In this document: positions 9,938-19,884 of the stretch, one piece after another | How positions within the stretch are numbered: the stretch's first letter is position 1 | Layout of the letters: each line of letters opens with the position of its first letter | Assembly (NCBI GenBank): GCA_963662945.1 | Contig: OY759974.1 | Span: forward strand, 896,001-960,000 | Reading direction: 5' to 3' | DNA: 64,000 bases | DNA from: Arcobacteraceae bacterium | GTDB lineage: Bacteria; Campylobacterota; Campylobacteria; Campylobacterales; Arcobacteraceae | Made by a program: the position numbers and the translations under genes | Notes under the pieces: generated by a model | Database searches by the model: none | Told to the model about the DNA's origin: nothing | The model's input: only the letters and a program-made list of their open reading frames with translations

Positions 9938-11281
9938 ATGAATAAGATTAAAGATATTTTTAAAAAATCATTAACTACTAAGGATAATAATACTTTAGAA
10001 GAGTCTAGCAGACGTGATTTTTTCAAAAATACTGCTGCATTATCTGTAAGTGCTATCGCGGCTTCTAGTGTACTTGGTCCAGTTAAAGCTTTTGCTGATG
10101 ATCCAGCTATCGTAGAAGAAGCAGAATGGGGTGTAAAACTAGGAGATATGGTTACAAAAAACCTGTATGGAATCCCTTCACCTTATGAACATAACAACAT
10201 AAGAAGAACAACTGATTTACTTTCATCTGGAGACGCATACGCATCTATTTCTATGTGTCCAATCCATGAGTCTGAAGGTATTATCACACCAAATGGTTTA
10301 TTCTTTTGTAGAGACCACGGTGGGACAGCACATGTTGACCCTAATAAATACAGACTTATGATTCATGGAAAAGTTAAAAAAGAGATTGTTTTAACTTTAG
10401 ATGAACTTAAAAGATATCCATGTGAAACAAGAACATATTTTATTGAGTGTCCTGCAAATGGATCTCCTGAATGGAGAGCTCCACAATTCAATAACTTACA
10501 ATTCATGAAAGGTATGATGTCTTGTGCTTCTTGGACTGGTGTTATGTTAAAAACTATTTTAGATGATATTGGTTTAGAAGATGATGCTGTATGGATGATG
10601 GCTGAAGGTAGTGATAATGCTGGAAACCCAAGAACAATTCCTGTTGCAAAAGCACTAGATGATATTATGGTTGTTTGGGGTCAAAATGGAGAAGCATTAA
10701 GACCAGAACAAGGATATCCAGTAAGACTTGTTGTTCCAGGTTGGGAAGGGAACTTAAATACTAAATGGTTAAAAAGATTAGAATTCTCAGATAAACCTTG
10801 GCATTCAAAAGAAGAAACTTCAAAATATACTATGCTACAAAAATCTGGAAAAGCTATTCAATATTTCTGGCCAAATGAAGTTAACTCTGTAATTACTAAA
10901 CCTTGTCCTGAAAAACCATGGACTGATCTTAAAAAAGGTGATTTAGTAGAAATTGAAGGGCTTGCATGGTCAGGTCATGGAACTATTAAACATGTTGATA
11001 TTTCATTTGATGGTGGAGACAACTGGGTTGAAGCTAGCTTAAAAGGACTTGTATTACCAAAAGCATGGACTAGATTTAGTTATATGTATAGATGGGATGG
11101 AAAGCCAATATTATTATCAAGTAGAGCTACTGATGATATTAATAATACTCAACCAACAATTGATCAAGAAACATCAAAAGTAGGTGTTGAGTCTGTGTAC
11201 CATAGAAATGGTATAGTAACTTGGGAAGTAACTGCAAAAGGTGAGGTTAATAATGTACATATTAGAAAACATAAAGCTTAA
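9938..11281 (+). CDS. soxC: Sulfane dehydrogenase molybdoprotein subunit
   Basis: Tat motif SRRDFFK; GIITPNGLFF, ECPANG, LRPEQGYPVRL; start taken at the ATG 7 nt after AAGGAG (9932 is the alternative). Confidence 0.95.
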   Translation: MNKIKDIFKKSLTTKDNNTLEESSRRDFFKNTAALSVSAIAASSVLGPVKAFADDPAIVEEAEWGVKLGDMVTKNLYGIPSPYEHNNIRRTTDLLSSGDAYASISMCPIHESEGIITPNGLFFCRDHGGTAHVDPNKYRLMIHGKVKKEIVLTLDELKRYPCETRTYFIECPANGSPEWRAPQFNNLQFMKGMMSCASWTGVMLKTILDDIGLEDDAVWMMAEGSDNAGNPRTIPVAKALDDIMVVWGQNGEALRPEQGYPVRLVVPGWEGNLNTKWLKRLEFSDKPWHSKEETSKYTMLQKSGKAIQYFWPNEVNSVITKPCPEKPWTDLKKGDLVEIEGLAWSGHGTIKHVDISFDGGDNWVEASLKGLVLPKAWTRFSYMYRWDGKPILLSSRATDDINNTQPTIDQETSKVGVESVYHRNGIVTWEVTAKGEVNNVHIRKHKA

Positions 11282-12482
11282 AAATACAATACTAGGTCTT
11301 AGTTTAGTAACTGTAGCACTTGTTACATCTGGTTGTAACAATAGTGATGTAAAAATGTCAGATGCTACAAATGCAAAAGCAGAACATAGATCAGTAGATG
11401 GTGCTGTAAAATATGAAATAAAAGATGGTAAATACGAAGCTTATCATGTAAATACTCAAAAAGCTGAAAATTTTGGATATGGTAGAACACCAACTGAAAG
11501 AGAAATAAAAGCTTGGAATATTGATGTTATGCCAGATGGAACTGGTGTTCCAATGTATGATATGAAAAATGGTGAAGTTGTATTAGATGAAGATGGTAAA
11601 CCAAAAGTTGCTCAAGGAACAGTTGGTGAAGGTAATGAATTATACGATGCTCAATGTGCTATGTGTCATGGTGACTTTGGTGCAGGAGGAAAAGGTTACC
11701 CTACTCTTTCTGGAGGAAGTAAATCTTCACTTGTAAACCAACTTATGAACCCTGCAGATGAGAATCCAGGAATGGAACCTCCAAAAAGAACAATTGGAAC
11801 ATACTGGCCATATGCTAGTACATTATTTTGGTACATTCAAGATGCAATGCCATTTCCACACCCAAAAAGCTTAAGTAATAGTGAAACATATGCTATCACT
11901 GCTTATTTATTATTTGAAAATGGTATTAAAGTAGATGGTGTTGACTTAGATGAAGAATTTGTAATGAATAGAGAACAATTCTTAAAAATTAAAATGCCAA
12001 ATGCAGATGGTTTTTATCCACAAGTTGATACACCAAAAGATCCTAAACAAGGTGTAAAAAACATGACAGAGTTCTTAAGTAATCCTGAGAACTATGGAAA
12101 AGGTACAAGATGTATGAAAGATTGTATCAAAGAAGATGTATCAAAACTTGTAATGAGAATTAGTGATGGTGGTCTTAGTGACTTCAATCCTCCTGCATCA
12201 ACAGTAAGAGATATGCCAGTAATTGAAGCAACAGGTCCTGTTCATCCAGGAAAAGCTGGATATGAAGCTTCTTGTAGTGCTTGTCACTCAAATGAAGCAA
12301 TTGGAGCTCCTGTTGTTGGGAACAAAGAAGCATGGGATGCTGTTATGGAAAAAGGAATTGATGGTGTTTACCACAATGCTTTAAATGGTGTAAATGCAAT
12401 GCCTCCAAAAGGTGGAAATATGGATTTATCTGACGATCAAGTTAAAGAGATTGTTAACTATATGATAGAAGCAAGTAAATAA
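11253..12482 (+). CDS. soxD: Sulfane dehydrogenase diheme cytochrome c subunit, probable lipoprotein
   Basis: CAMCH and CSACH heme motifs, TIGTYWPYASTL, lipobox-like VTSGC; start at ATG after GAGG, overlapping the soxC end. Confidence 0.92.
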   Translation: MYILENIKLKNTILGLSLVTVALVTSGCNNSDVKMSDATNAKAEHRSVDGAVKYEIKDGKYEAYHVNTQKAENFGYGRTPTEREIKAWNIDVMPDGTGVPMYDMKNGEVVLDEDGKPKVAQGTVGEGNELYDAQCAMCHGDFGAGGKGYPTLSGGSKSSLVNQLMNPADENPGMEPPKRTIGTYWPYASTLFWYIQDAMPFPHPKSLSNSETYAITAYLLFENGIKVDGVDLDEEFVMNREQFLKIKMPNADGFYPQVDTPKDPKQGVKNMTEFLSNPENYGKGTRCMKDCIKEDVSKLVMRISDGGLSDFNPPASTVRDMPVIEATGPVHPGKAGYEASCSACHSNEAIGAPVVGNKEAWDAVMEKGIDGVYHNALNGVNAMPPKGGNMDLSDDQVKEIVNYMIEASK

Positions 12483-12501
12483 TTTCTAATTTACTCCACT
12501 T

Positions 12502-12538
12502 AAAAAGGTTCAATGGTTTTTCCATTGAACCTTTTTTT
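12502..12538 (+). terminator. Intrinsic terminator after soxD
   Basis: AAAAAGGTTCAATGG-ttttt-CCATTGAACCTTTTTTT. Confidence 0.88.
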
Positions 12539-12824
12539 ATTTAAATTAACTATAATTATTTATTATACTATTATTGAAACAAATAATTTTTATTCAAAAT
12601 TTTAATATTATAAAAAGTTATATATTAACAAGATAAACTTTTTATAAAAAAACAGATGAAATTGTTACAATTTATAACAAATTATAATATATAATATATT
12701 AAATAAGAATTTAAAATAATCCTTTATTTATGGGCTTTTCTGGCATTAGACAAACTTATAAAATTATAATAAAAAAAACTTCAACTTATATATCAAAAAA
12801 TATTAATTTTTTTAACGATTTTAC

Positions 12825-12854
12825 TTGACATTAGATGATAATTTTGATTATAAT
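12825..12854 (+). promoter_or_regulatory. Putative sigma70 promoter of soxXYZA
   Basis: TTGACA-N18-TATAAT. Confidence 0.65.
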
Positions 12855-12934
12855 TCTCTGTTTTAGTATTTTTAACATACTAAATAATATGTTAATAAGA
12901 TAATATATTAACTACAATAAAAAAAGGAGACAAG

Positions 12935-13300
12935 ATGAGATTAGCTAAAAGTTTACTAATAGCATCAGCGATAAGTGGTTTAATTTCTACTTCAAGTTTT
13001 GCGAATGCAGATTTGGTTGCAAAAGGTGAAAAGATTTTTAAAACTAAAAAACTTGGAAACTGTGTAGCTTGTCATGCTATTAATGGAAAAGCTGATATTG
13101 ACAAAATGGGTCCAGGAAGCTTTGGTCCAAAACTTTCAGGTTTATCGTACTGGGATGATAAAACATTATATGATACAGTATATGATATTTATGCAGCTAG
13201 AGGTATAAAAATATCTCCAATGCCAGCATTTGGAAGAAACGGTTGGCTAGATGATGCAGAAATTAAAGCAGTTGTTGCTTATTTAAAAACAATTAATTAA
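12935..13300 (+). CDS. soxX: Sulfur oxidation c-type cytochrome SoxX
   Basis: GNCVACH, GSFGPKL, SPMPAFG; cluster context. Confidence 0.94.
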   Translation: MRLAKSLLIASAISGLISTSSFANADLVAKGEKIFKTKKLGNCVACHAINGKADIDKMGPGSFGPKLSGLSYWDDKTLYDTVYDIYAARGIKISPMPAFGRNGWLDDAEIKAVVAYLKTIN

Positions 13301-13317
13301 AATTAGGAGAAATTACA

Positions 13318-13767
13318 ATGAATAGAAGAAATTTTTTAGGTTTAGGTTTAGGTGCAGCAGCAGTTGCAATGGTTCCAATGAATTTAAGTGCTATCGATTT
13401 TAGAGCTACAAAACCAGCAGCATGGTCAGCAAAAAAAGTTGATGAGGCAATCAAAGCGTTATATGGTACAACAGCAGCAACAAAAAGTGGTGTTAAGTTA
13501 AAAGCTCCAGATATTGCAGAAAATGGTGCAGTTATTCCTGTATCAGTATCTTCAGATTTAGCTGGTAAAACAGTTGCATTATTCCAAGATGCTAACCCAG
13601 AAGCTACAATTGCTGTATTTACAGTTCCTGCTAAAGGTATTATAGATTATTCAGTAAGAATTAAAATGATGAAAACTGGTACAGTTACAGCTATCGTTGA
13701 AGTTGATGGTAAACTACATACAGATTCACAATTAGTAAAAGTTACAAAAGGTGGATGTGGAGGTTGA
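13318..13767 (+). CDS. soxY: Sulfur carrier SoxY
   Basis: Tat signal NRRNFL; APDIAENGAVIPV; C-terminal GGCGG swinging arm. Confidence 0.97.
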   Translation: MNRRNFLGLGLGAAAVAMVPMNLSAIDFRATKPAAWSAKKVDEAIKALYGTTAATKSGVKLKAPDIAENGAVIPVSVSSDLAGKTVALFQDANPEATIAVFTVPAKGIIDYSVRIKMMKTGTVTAIVEVDGKLHTDSQLVKVTKGGCGG

Positions 13768-13831
13768 TCCAACACCCATTTATCAAAATAATACAACTAT
13801 AAAACATTTAAATTAAAAGGAAAAGAATATT

Positions 13832-14140
13832 ATGGCAACAAAAAATACAAGAATAAAAGCAAGTGTAAAAAAAGGTGTTACTACAGTAAAAGCTATGGCA
13901 ACTCACCCAATGATGAGTTATGATGAAGCAAAAAGAGCAAAAAAAGAAGCTAACTTCATTACACATATGACAGCAAAAGTTGGTGGAGAAGTAGTATTTG
14001 AAGTTTCTACAAGTCAATTTTTATCTAAAAACCCTTACTTAAAGTTCTCATTTAACGGTGGAGAAAAAGGTCAAGAAGTTGAAATCGCATGGGTTGATTT
14101 AAAAGGTGAGACAAACACAAGTACAGGTAAAATCAAATAA
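13832..14140 (+). CDS. soxZ: Sulfur carrier SoxZ
   Basis: HPMM...FITH...LSKNPYLKF...WVDLKG. Confidence 0.95.
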   Translation: MATKNTRIKASVKKGVTTVKAMATHPMMSYDEAKRAKKEANFITHMTAKVGGEVVFEVSTSQFLSKNPYLKFSFNGGEKGQEVEIAWVDLKGETNTSTGKIK

Positions 14141-14187
14141 TTACATTCTTTAAAATAAAGATGTAAAAAATAACGAAGGAGATAACT

Positions 14188-15102
14188 ATGTTATTAAAAA
14201 TTGTAAGAACTTCTGCATTAGTAGCATTAGCAGCTTGTACTTTAAGTGCAAACTCTTTTAATGCTCAAGCTGAAAAAGATAAGAATGAACTTGTTAAATA
14301 TTTCGAAGCTAAGTTCGCAGATCCAGAAAAAAATGCAGCGACATTTTTCCCATATTCAACAGAAGATGAATTAAAAAACAATATCAAAAAAGGTCTAAAA
14401 CATATGGACTTTGGTATTGGTAACTATGCTTTTAACACAGCAGGTGTTGCAACATATGAAGAACTTAAAGAGATGCCACCTTATGAAGCTGATATAGAAG
14501 CTGGTGAAGCTCTATACAATAAAAAATTTGCAAATGGTAATTCTCTTGCAGTATGTTTCCCAGATCCAACAATCGGTGGAGACTATCCAATGTTTGATGA
14601 AAAAAGAAAACAAGTTGTTTCTTTAACACAAGTTATCAACGAGTGTATTACATCAAATGGTGAAAAAAAATGGAATGAGAAAAAAGGTGATATGGCTTCA
14701 GTTCAAGCATTCTTTGCAAACAAAACAAAAGAAGCTGAGAAGAAAGTTAATATCAAAATTGAAAGTGCAGAAGCAGCAGCTGCTTATGAGAGAGGTAAAG
14801 AATTTTACTACACTCAAAGAGGTTACTTAAATCTTTCTTGTGCAACATGTCACGTTCAAGGTGCAGGTCAAAGAGTTAGAAATGAGTCTTTATCTCAACT
14901 TCTAGGACACACTACTCACTTCCCAGTTTACAGATTAAAATGGCAAGGATTAGGTACTTTAGAGCGAAGAATGGAAGGTTGTGTTAAAGATCAAGGTCAA
15001 AACCCACCAAAACCATCTAGTAAAGAGATGAAAGAGTTACTATACTTTATGGCATATATGTCAAATGGAATGGCTGTTGACGGTCCAGACGTAAGAAAAT
15101 AG
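14188..15102 (+). CDS. soxA: SoxA cytochrome c, monoheme form
   Basis: RGYLNLSCATCH, HFPVYRLKW, RRMEGC; the first heme site is degenerate (SLAVCF). Confidence 0.95.
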   Translation: MLLKIVRTSALVALAACTLSANSFNAQAEKDKNELVKYFEAKFADPEKNAATFFPYSTEDELKNNIKKGLKHMDFGIGNYAFNTAGVATYEELKEMPPYEADIEAGEALYNKKFANGNSLAVCFPDPTIGGDYPMFDEKRKQVVSLTQVINECITSNGEKKWNEKKGDMASVQAFFANKTKEAEKKVNIKIESAEAAAAYERGKEFYYTQRGYLNLSCATCHVQGAGQRVRNESLSQLLGHTTHFPVYRLKWQGLGTLERRMEGCVKDQGQNPPKPSSKEMKELLYFMAYMSNGMAVDGPDVRK

Positions 15103-15113
15103 GAGAGAGAAAG

Positions 15114-15554
15114 ATGAAAAAAATATATAGTTTAGCAATAACTTCAATCGCAGCATTTTCTTTAGCAGGATGTATGGGTGGTTCAAATAGTATTACTCCA
15201 GCAGCTTCTGTAAAACTTGATCAAAGAGAAGTTTGTAATGTAAGCAAACTTGGAATTGAAACTGTTTTAGCAAATGCAAAAGTATACAATGCTGCTGCAA
15301 TAAAAGAAAAAGTAGAGTTTAGAAGACTTGGTGTAAATAATAGTGATTTAATTATTGCTGTTGAAGAAGGTCTTAAAACTAAAGCAAAAACAGTTACTCC
15401 AAAAGATTTCAAAGGGAAAGAAACAAAAGACAAATTTCCAATTGAATATGCAGCTCACAGAGCTTGTACTTTTGGTTTAAGTGCATTGCAACAAAAAGAG
15501 GAAGGTAAATCTACATGGAGATTAGCTGTTCCAGGTGACGGTTACAAATATTAA
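15114..15554 (+). CDS. Uncharacterised lipoprotein between soxA and soxB
   Basis: Lipobox LAGC, AGGAG RBS, 11 nt after the soxA stop. Confidence 0.8.
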   Translation: MKKIYSLAITSIAAFSLAGCMGGSNSITPAASVKLDQREVCNVSKLGIETVLANAKVYNAAAIKEKVEFRRLGVNNSDLIIAVEEGLKTKAKTVTPKDFKGKETKDKFPIEYAAHRACTFGLSALQQKEEGKSTWRLAVPGDGYKY

Positions 15555-15580
15555 TAACATAAGTTAAATGTTACCAATTC

Positions 15581-15610
15581 AAAAAAGCCAAGTATTTTAC
15601 TTGGCTTTTT
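15581..15610 (+). terminator. Intrinsic terminator between soxXYZA-lipoprotein and soxB
   Basis: AAAAAAGCCAAGTA-ttt-TACTTGGCTTTTT. Confidence 0.82.
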
Positions 15611-15681
15611 TAACATTAAAATTACTTATGTAAGTTAACAAATGATAAAATAACTAAAATTTATAAAATGAAGGAAATTAA

Positions 15682-17484
15682 ATGAGTAAAATGAGTAGAA
15701 GAGAATTCATATACATGTCAGCCCTACTTGCTGGTACTGCACCTGTATTTGCAAATTCACATACACGACTTTCAAATAGTGGAAAGGCTGAAGATTATTA
15801 TAAACTAGATAGTTTTGGTAATGTTAGACTTATGCACATGACAGATAGTCACGCCCAATTATTACCAGTATATTTTAGAGAACCAAATGTAAACTTAGGT
15901 TTCTTTGAAAACTTTGGTAAACCACCACATATTGTAGGTGATAAACTATTAGAAAGATATGGAATTAAAGGTGATAAAAGATTAGAATATGCTTTTTCAT
16001 GTGTAAATTTTGAAAAACATGCAAAAGAGATGGGAAGAATTGGTGGTTTTGCACAAATTAAAACTGTTGTTGATCACTTAAAAAAATCTTTTGGTTCTGA
16101 AAAGTGTTTACTTTTAGATGGTGGTGATACTTGGCAAGGTAGCTGGACTTCACTTCAAACAAGAGGTAAAGACATGGTTGGTGCTATGAATATTTTAGGT
16201 GTTGACGTTGCTGTTGGACACTGGGAATTCACATATAAAGCAGAAGAAGTATTAGAAAATGTTTCTCACTTAAAAGCTGAATTTATAGCACAAAACATCA
16301 AAGTAAAAGAAGATTCAATGATGAATGGTGTTAGTGCATATGATGAAGATGAAGGTTATGCATTTAAACCATATACTATCAAAGAACTAAATGGTGCAAG
16401 AGTAGCCATAGTTGGTCAAGCATTCCCTTACACAACTATTGCAAATCCACAAAGAAATATTCCTGATTGGACATTTTCAATTAGAGAAGATGGAATGCAA
16501 GAATTAGTAGAAAAAATTAGAGAAGAAGAAAAACCAGATGCAGTAATCGTTCTTTCTCACAACGGATACGATGTTGATAAAAGAATGGCTGAAGTATGTA
16601 GTGGAATTGACTTTATCATGGGAGGACATACACATGATGGTGTTCCTGAAGCTTATGAAGTTACAAATGCAGCTGGTGAAAAAACATATGTATGTAATGC
16701 TGGTTCAAATGGTAAATTCTTAAATGTATTAGATTTAGATATTCAAAATGGAAAAATCAAAGATTTCAAATTTACACTTTTACCAATCTTCTCAGACTTA
16801 GTTCCAGAAGATCCAGATATGAAAAAATATATTGAACTTGTAAGAAGACCTTTCCAAAAAGAACTTTCAAGAGAAATAGCAACAACTGATTTAACTCTAT
16901 TTAGAAGAGGAAATTTTAATGGTTCTTGGGATCAATTAATTTGTGATGCTTTAATTGAAGTAAAAGGTGCTGATGTATCACTTTCTCCAGGTTTTAGATG
17001 GGGAACTTCACTTATGCCAGGACAAACTGTAACATTTGATGATTTAGCAACTCAAACTGCTATGACTTATCCAGAAACTTATGCAGTTGATATGACAGGT
17101 GCTGCTATTAAAGATACACTTGAAGATGTTGCTGATAACTTATTTAATGCAAATCCTTTCTTACAATCTGGTGGAGATATGGTAAGAACAGGTGGTATTT
17201 CATATAGAATTGATCCAACTAAAAAAATGGGTGAAAGAATTTCTCATATCACTCTAACAAAAACTGGTAAATTAATGGAAGCAAATAAAAAGTATAAAGT
17301 TGCTGGTTGGTCAACAGTTAATTCTGTTTCTCCAGGTGAACCAATTTGGGAAACTACTGAAACATACCTTAGAAACTTAAAACATATTGATGCAAGTAAC
17401 TTAAAAATTAATGGTGCTCAAATGGATATGCTTGCAGTTAAAGGTAATCCAGGATACGATGCAAGATACGATTACAATATGTAA
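15682..17484 (+). CDS. soxB: Thiosulfohydrolase SoxB
   Basis: Tat motif SRREFI; HMTDSHAQL, DGGDTWQG, GHWEF, LSHNG, GGHTHD, RRGNFNG. Confidence 0.97.
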   Translation: MSKMSRREFIYMSALLAGTAPVFANSHTRLSNSGKAEDYYKLDSFGNVRLMHMTDSHAQLLPVYFREPNVNLGFFENFGKPPHIVGDKLLERYGIKGDKRLEYAFSCVNFEKHAKEMGRIGGFAQIKTVVDHLKKSFGSEKCLLLDGGDTWQGSWTSLQTRGKDMVGAMNILGVDVAVGHWEFTYKAEEVLENVSHLKAEFIAQNIKVKEDSMMNGVSAYDEDEGYAFKPYTIKELNGARVAIVGQAFPYTTIANPQRNIPDWTFSIREDGMQELVEKIREEEKPDAVIVLSHNGYDVDKRMAEVCSGIDFIMGGHTHDGVPEAYEVTNAAGEKTYVCNAGSNGKFLNVLDLDIQNGKIKDFKFTLLPIFSDLVPEDPDMKKYIELVRRPFQKELSREIATTDLTLFRRGNFNGSWDQLICDALIEVKGADVSLSPGFRWGTSLMPGQTVTFDDLATQTAMTYPETYAVDMTGAAIKDTLEDVADNLFNANPFLQSGGDMVRTGGISYRIDPTKKMGERISHITLTKTGKLMEANKKYKVAGWSTVNSVSPGEPIWETTETYLRNLKHIDASNLKINGAQMDMLAVKGNPGYDARYDYNM

Positions 17485-17492
17485 TTCACTTC

Positions 17493-17529
17493 ATAAATAA
17501 AATTTAGCTATTTGCTAAATTTTATTTAT
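17493..17529 (+). terminator. AT-rich hairpin after soxB, probable terminator
   Basis: ATAAATAAAATTTAGC-tattt-GCTAAATTTTATTTAT. Confidence 0.6.
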
Positions 17530-17650
17530 CTCTCAATGTTACTTCAAAATTTAAAACCCCTCTTCTCTCTCCAAATAAAATATAATTATTTATAATACAT
17601 TAATATTTACTAGTTATAATTATTCCAAATAATAAAAAAGGAGTTTATTG

Positions 17651-18430
17651 ATGAAAAAAATACTATTATCTGTACTACTTACAGTACTAAGTGTAGTTGA
17701 ATTACAAGCAAACGTAACACAAGAACAATGTTCACAAAAAGGTGATAATTTCATTTTTGCAGGTGGAGAATGTATCCAATACGTTAAATTTAAAGGTGAA
17801 GTAGAAGATAAACTAAATATTATTGTTCACGGTACTTGGAAATCTGGAACTAATACTTTAGGAAGATATGCACCATTTGCTGAAACTATTAATATGAATA
17901 CTGACATTACAACTGTTGCCGTTGCTCTTCCTGGATATTCTGGTTCTTCAACAAATAAAATAAAAGATCTTAACCATGGTAGTAATAGTGTCTATACTAA
18001 AGAATATATTGAATTCATGGCATCACTTATTAAAGCATTAAAAGAAAAATTTAATGCAACAACAGTAAATTACATTGGACATTCTGCTGGAGCATCTTTA
18101 GGTGTTAATGTAATAGCGCTCAATCCTGATTTACTACAAAGTGTAACAGCTGCTGGTGGGAGATTTAATCTTGATAAATTTAAAGAAAATGAAAAAGTTG
18201 GTCTTGTAACAATTAGTGATTATCTTGATAGTATAAAAGATACAAAACTCTTACTTGTTTATGGAACAAAAGATACAATTTCTGAACCTCAAATCACAAA
18301 AGATTTTTATAAACTTGTTCAAGATAAAGGTGTTGATGTAAAAATTGTTGAAGTAAAAGGTGCTGAACATATTGACTTAGATATGACCGATCCTTCTGTA
18401 GAGGCTATAACAGAACTTGTTACTCAATAA
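17651..18430 (+). CDS. Secreted alpha/beta hydrolase
   Basis: Signal peptide; GHSAG nucleophile elbow, GTKD Asp, GAEH His. Confidence 0.85.
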   Translation: MKKILLSVLLTVLSVVELQANVTQEQCSQKGDNFIFAGGECIQYVKFKGEVEDKLNIIVHGTWKSGTNTLGRYAPFAETINMNTDITTVAVALPGYSGSSTNKIKDLNHGSNSVYTKEYIEFMASLIKALKEKFNATTVNYIGHSAGASLGVNVIALNPDLLQSVTAAGGRFNLDKFKENEKVGLVTISDYLDSIKDTKLLLVYGTKDTISEPQITKDFYKLVQDKGVDVKIVEVKGAEHIDLDMTDPSVEAITELVTQ

Positions 18431-18472
18431 AAATATTAAATAGATAATTTTTATTATCTATTTAATAATTTA

Positions 18473-18955
18473 TTAATCCTTAAATTCTAAATCTGCTAAA
18501 TAACCTGCAAAATCTGTTTCTAAATATAATTTATTTTTTATATAATCTAAAATAAGATTAAATGTACTTGTATCTCTATATCCTTTTAAAGCATAAACGA
18601 TTTCATTACTTGTATCTATAAATACAACTGAAGGATAAAAACTTAAATTTACATATTTAGAAAAGGCTTTTTTTGTCCCTTTAAAATCTTTATATTGAAT
18701 AATACCTTCATCATCAACATTTACATCGATAAATATATAATCTTTTTCCATTTTCTCTTTAGCAATTTTATCACTAAAAGCATTGTCAATCATTCTTATA
18801 CAATAGGGACAATGTGTCATATGAAAAAATATCATTATATGCTTATTTTCTACTTTTGCCTCTTTTTGAGCAATCTCATCTATATTTATTATTCCATCAG
18901 CAAAACTAAATCTAGTAAATATAAGTAAAATAAACACTATTTTAAAATACTTCAT
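18473..18955 (-). CDS. Periplasmic thioredoxin-fold protein, SoxW-like
   Basis: Signal peptide, CPYC active site, FYPSVVF cis-Pro loop; sox context. Confidence 0.85.
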   Translation of the reverse strand: MKYFKIVFILLIFTRFSFADGIINIDEIAQKEAKVENKHIMIFFHMTHCPYCIRMIDNAFSDKIAKEKMEKDYIFIDVNVDDEGIIQYKDFKGTKKAFSKYVNLSFYPSVVFIDTSNEIVYALKGYRDTSTFNLILDYIKNKLYLETDFAGYLADLEFKD

Positions 18956-18957
18956 AG

Positions 18958-19884
18958 CTACTCTCCATCGTAAAATTCTAATTCTCCATAAGCTCTTGAT
19001 ACATTTCTTGGATTTAATAAATCAAATAAAGCTTTATCTTTAAATTCTACCATTTGTACAAAATTATTAACACCTTCAAGTCCAACTTCCTCTCCAACTG
19101 CTTTTAAAATTCTTTCTTTTAAAAGTGAGAAATATTGAATTGATTCATCAACAGCTGATTTTGAAAAATCATAACCATGCCCTGGTACTAAAACATTCCA
19201 ATCATATTGTTGAATAGTTTTTAAAGCCTTTAATTGACCAAGCACTAATCCATCCCTATTTGATGTAATTCTGCCATTCATTACAATATCACCAGCAAAC
19301 ATAACTTTTCTTTGAGGCATATACATTAGAACATCAAATTTACTATGTCCTTGACCCACAGGAATAAACTCAATTGTTTCACCATCAAAATTTTTTGTTT
19401 CAGGTTTTGTAATGTACTCATCAAGTTTTACTATATGAGTACCCTCCAATGCATCATGAGAAAGTAATTTATGCATTCTTGAAGGTTCTCCTTCTCTATA
19501 GTTTTCATCCTGTAGCTTCACACCATAGAGTTTTGCATCAAATTTTTCTTTGTAAAAATTATTTCCTAGCCAATGATCATCATGTTCATGAGTATTTAAA
19601 ACTACACTTACTGGAAGTTTTGCTATTTTCTCCATCTTTTCATAAGCAGCTTTTGCAAATTGATAAGTAGGACCACTATCAACAAGGATATAACTATTTT
19701 TTCCTTTAATATAACAATGATTAGACATATTTCCACCATTTTCTTTTGTTGGCATTTCTAATTTACCAAAAAAACACCAAACATTTTCACTTACTTTTTT
19801 TGGTTCTAATTTATATTCAAAAGCAAAAGTACTTATTACACTTAAACTTGTCAGCAAAAATACTCTACTAATAAGGTGTAACAT
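18958..19884 (-). CDS. Periplasmic metallo-beta-lactamase-fold protein, SoxH-like
   Basis: THEHDDHWLGN, FAGDIV, VPGHG; start taken at ATG (MLHLISRV) after GGAGG. Confidence 0.85.
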   Translation of the reverse strand: MLHLISRVFLLTSLSVISTFAFEYKLEPKKVSENVWCFFGKLEMPTKENGGNMSNHCYIKGKNSYILVDSGPTYQFAKAAYEKMEKIAKLPVSVVLNTHEHDDHWLGNNFYKEKFDAKLYGVKLQDENYREGEPSRMHKLLSHDALEGTHIVKLDEYITKPETKNFDGETIEFIPVGQGHSKFDVLMYMPQRKVMFAGDIVMNGRITSNRDGLVLGQLKALKTIQQYDWNVLVPGHGYDFSKSAVDESIQYFSLLKERILKAVGEEVGLEGVNNFVQMVEFKDKALFDLLNPRNVSRAYGELEFYDGE

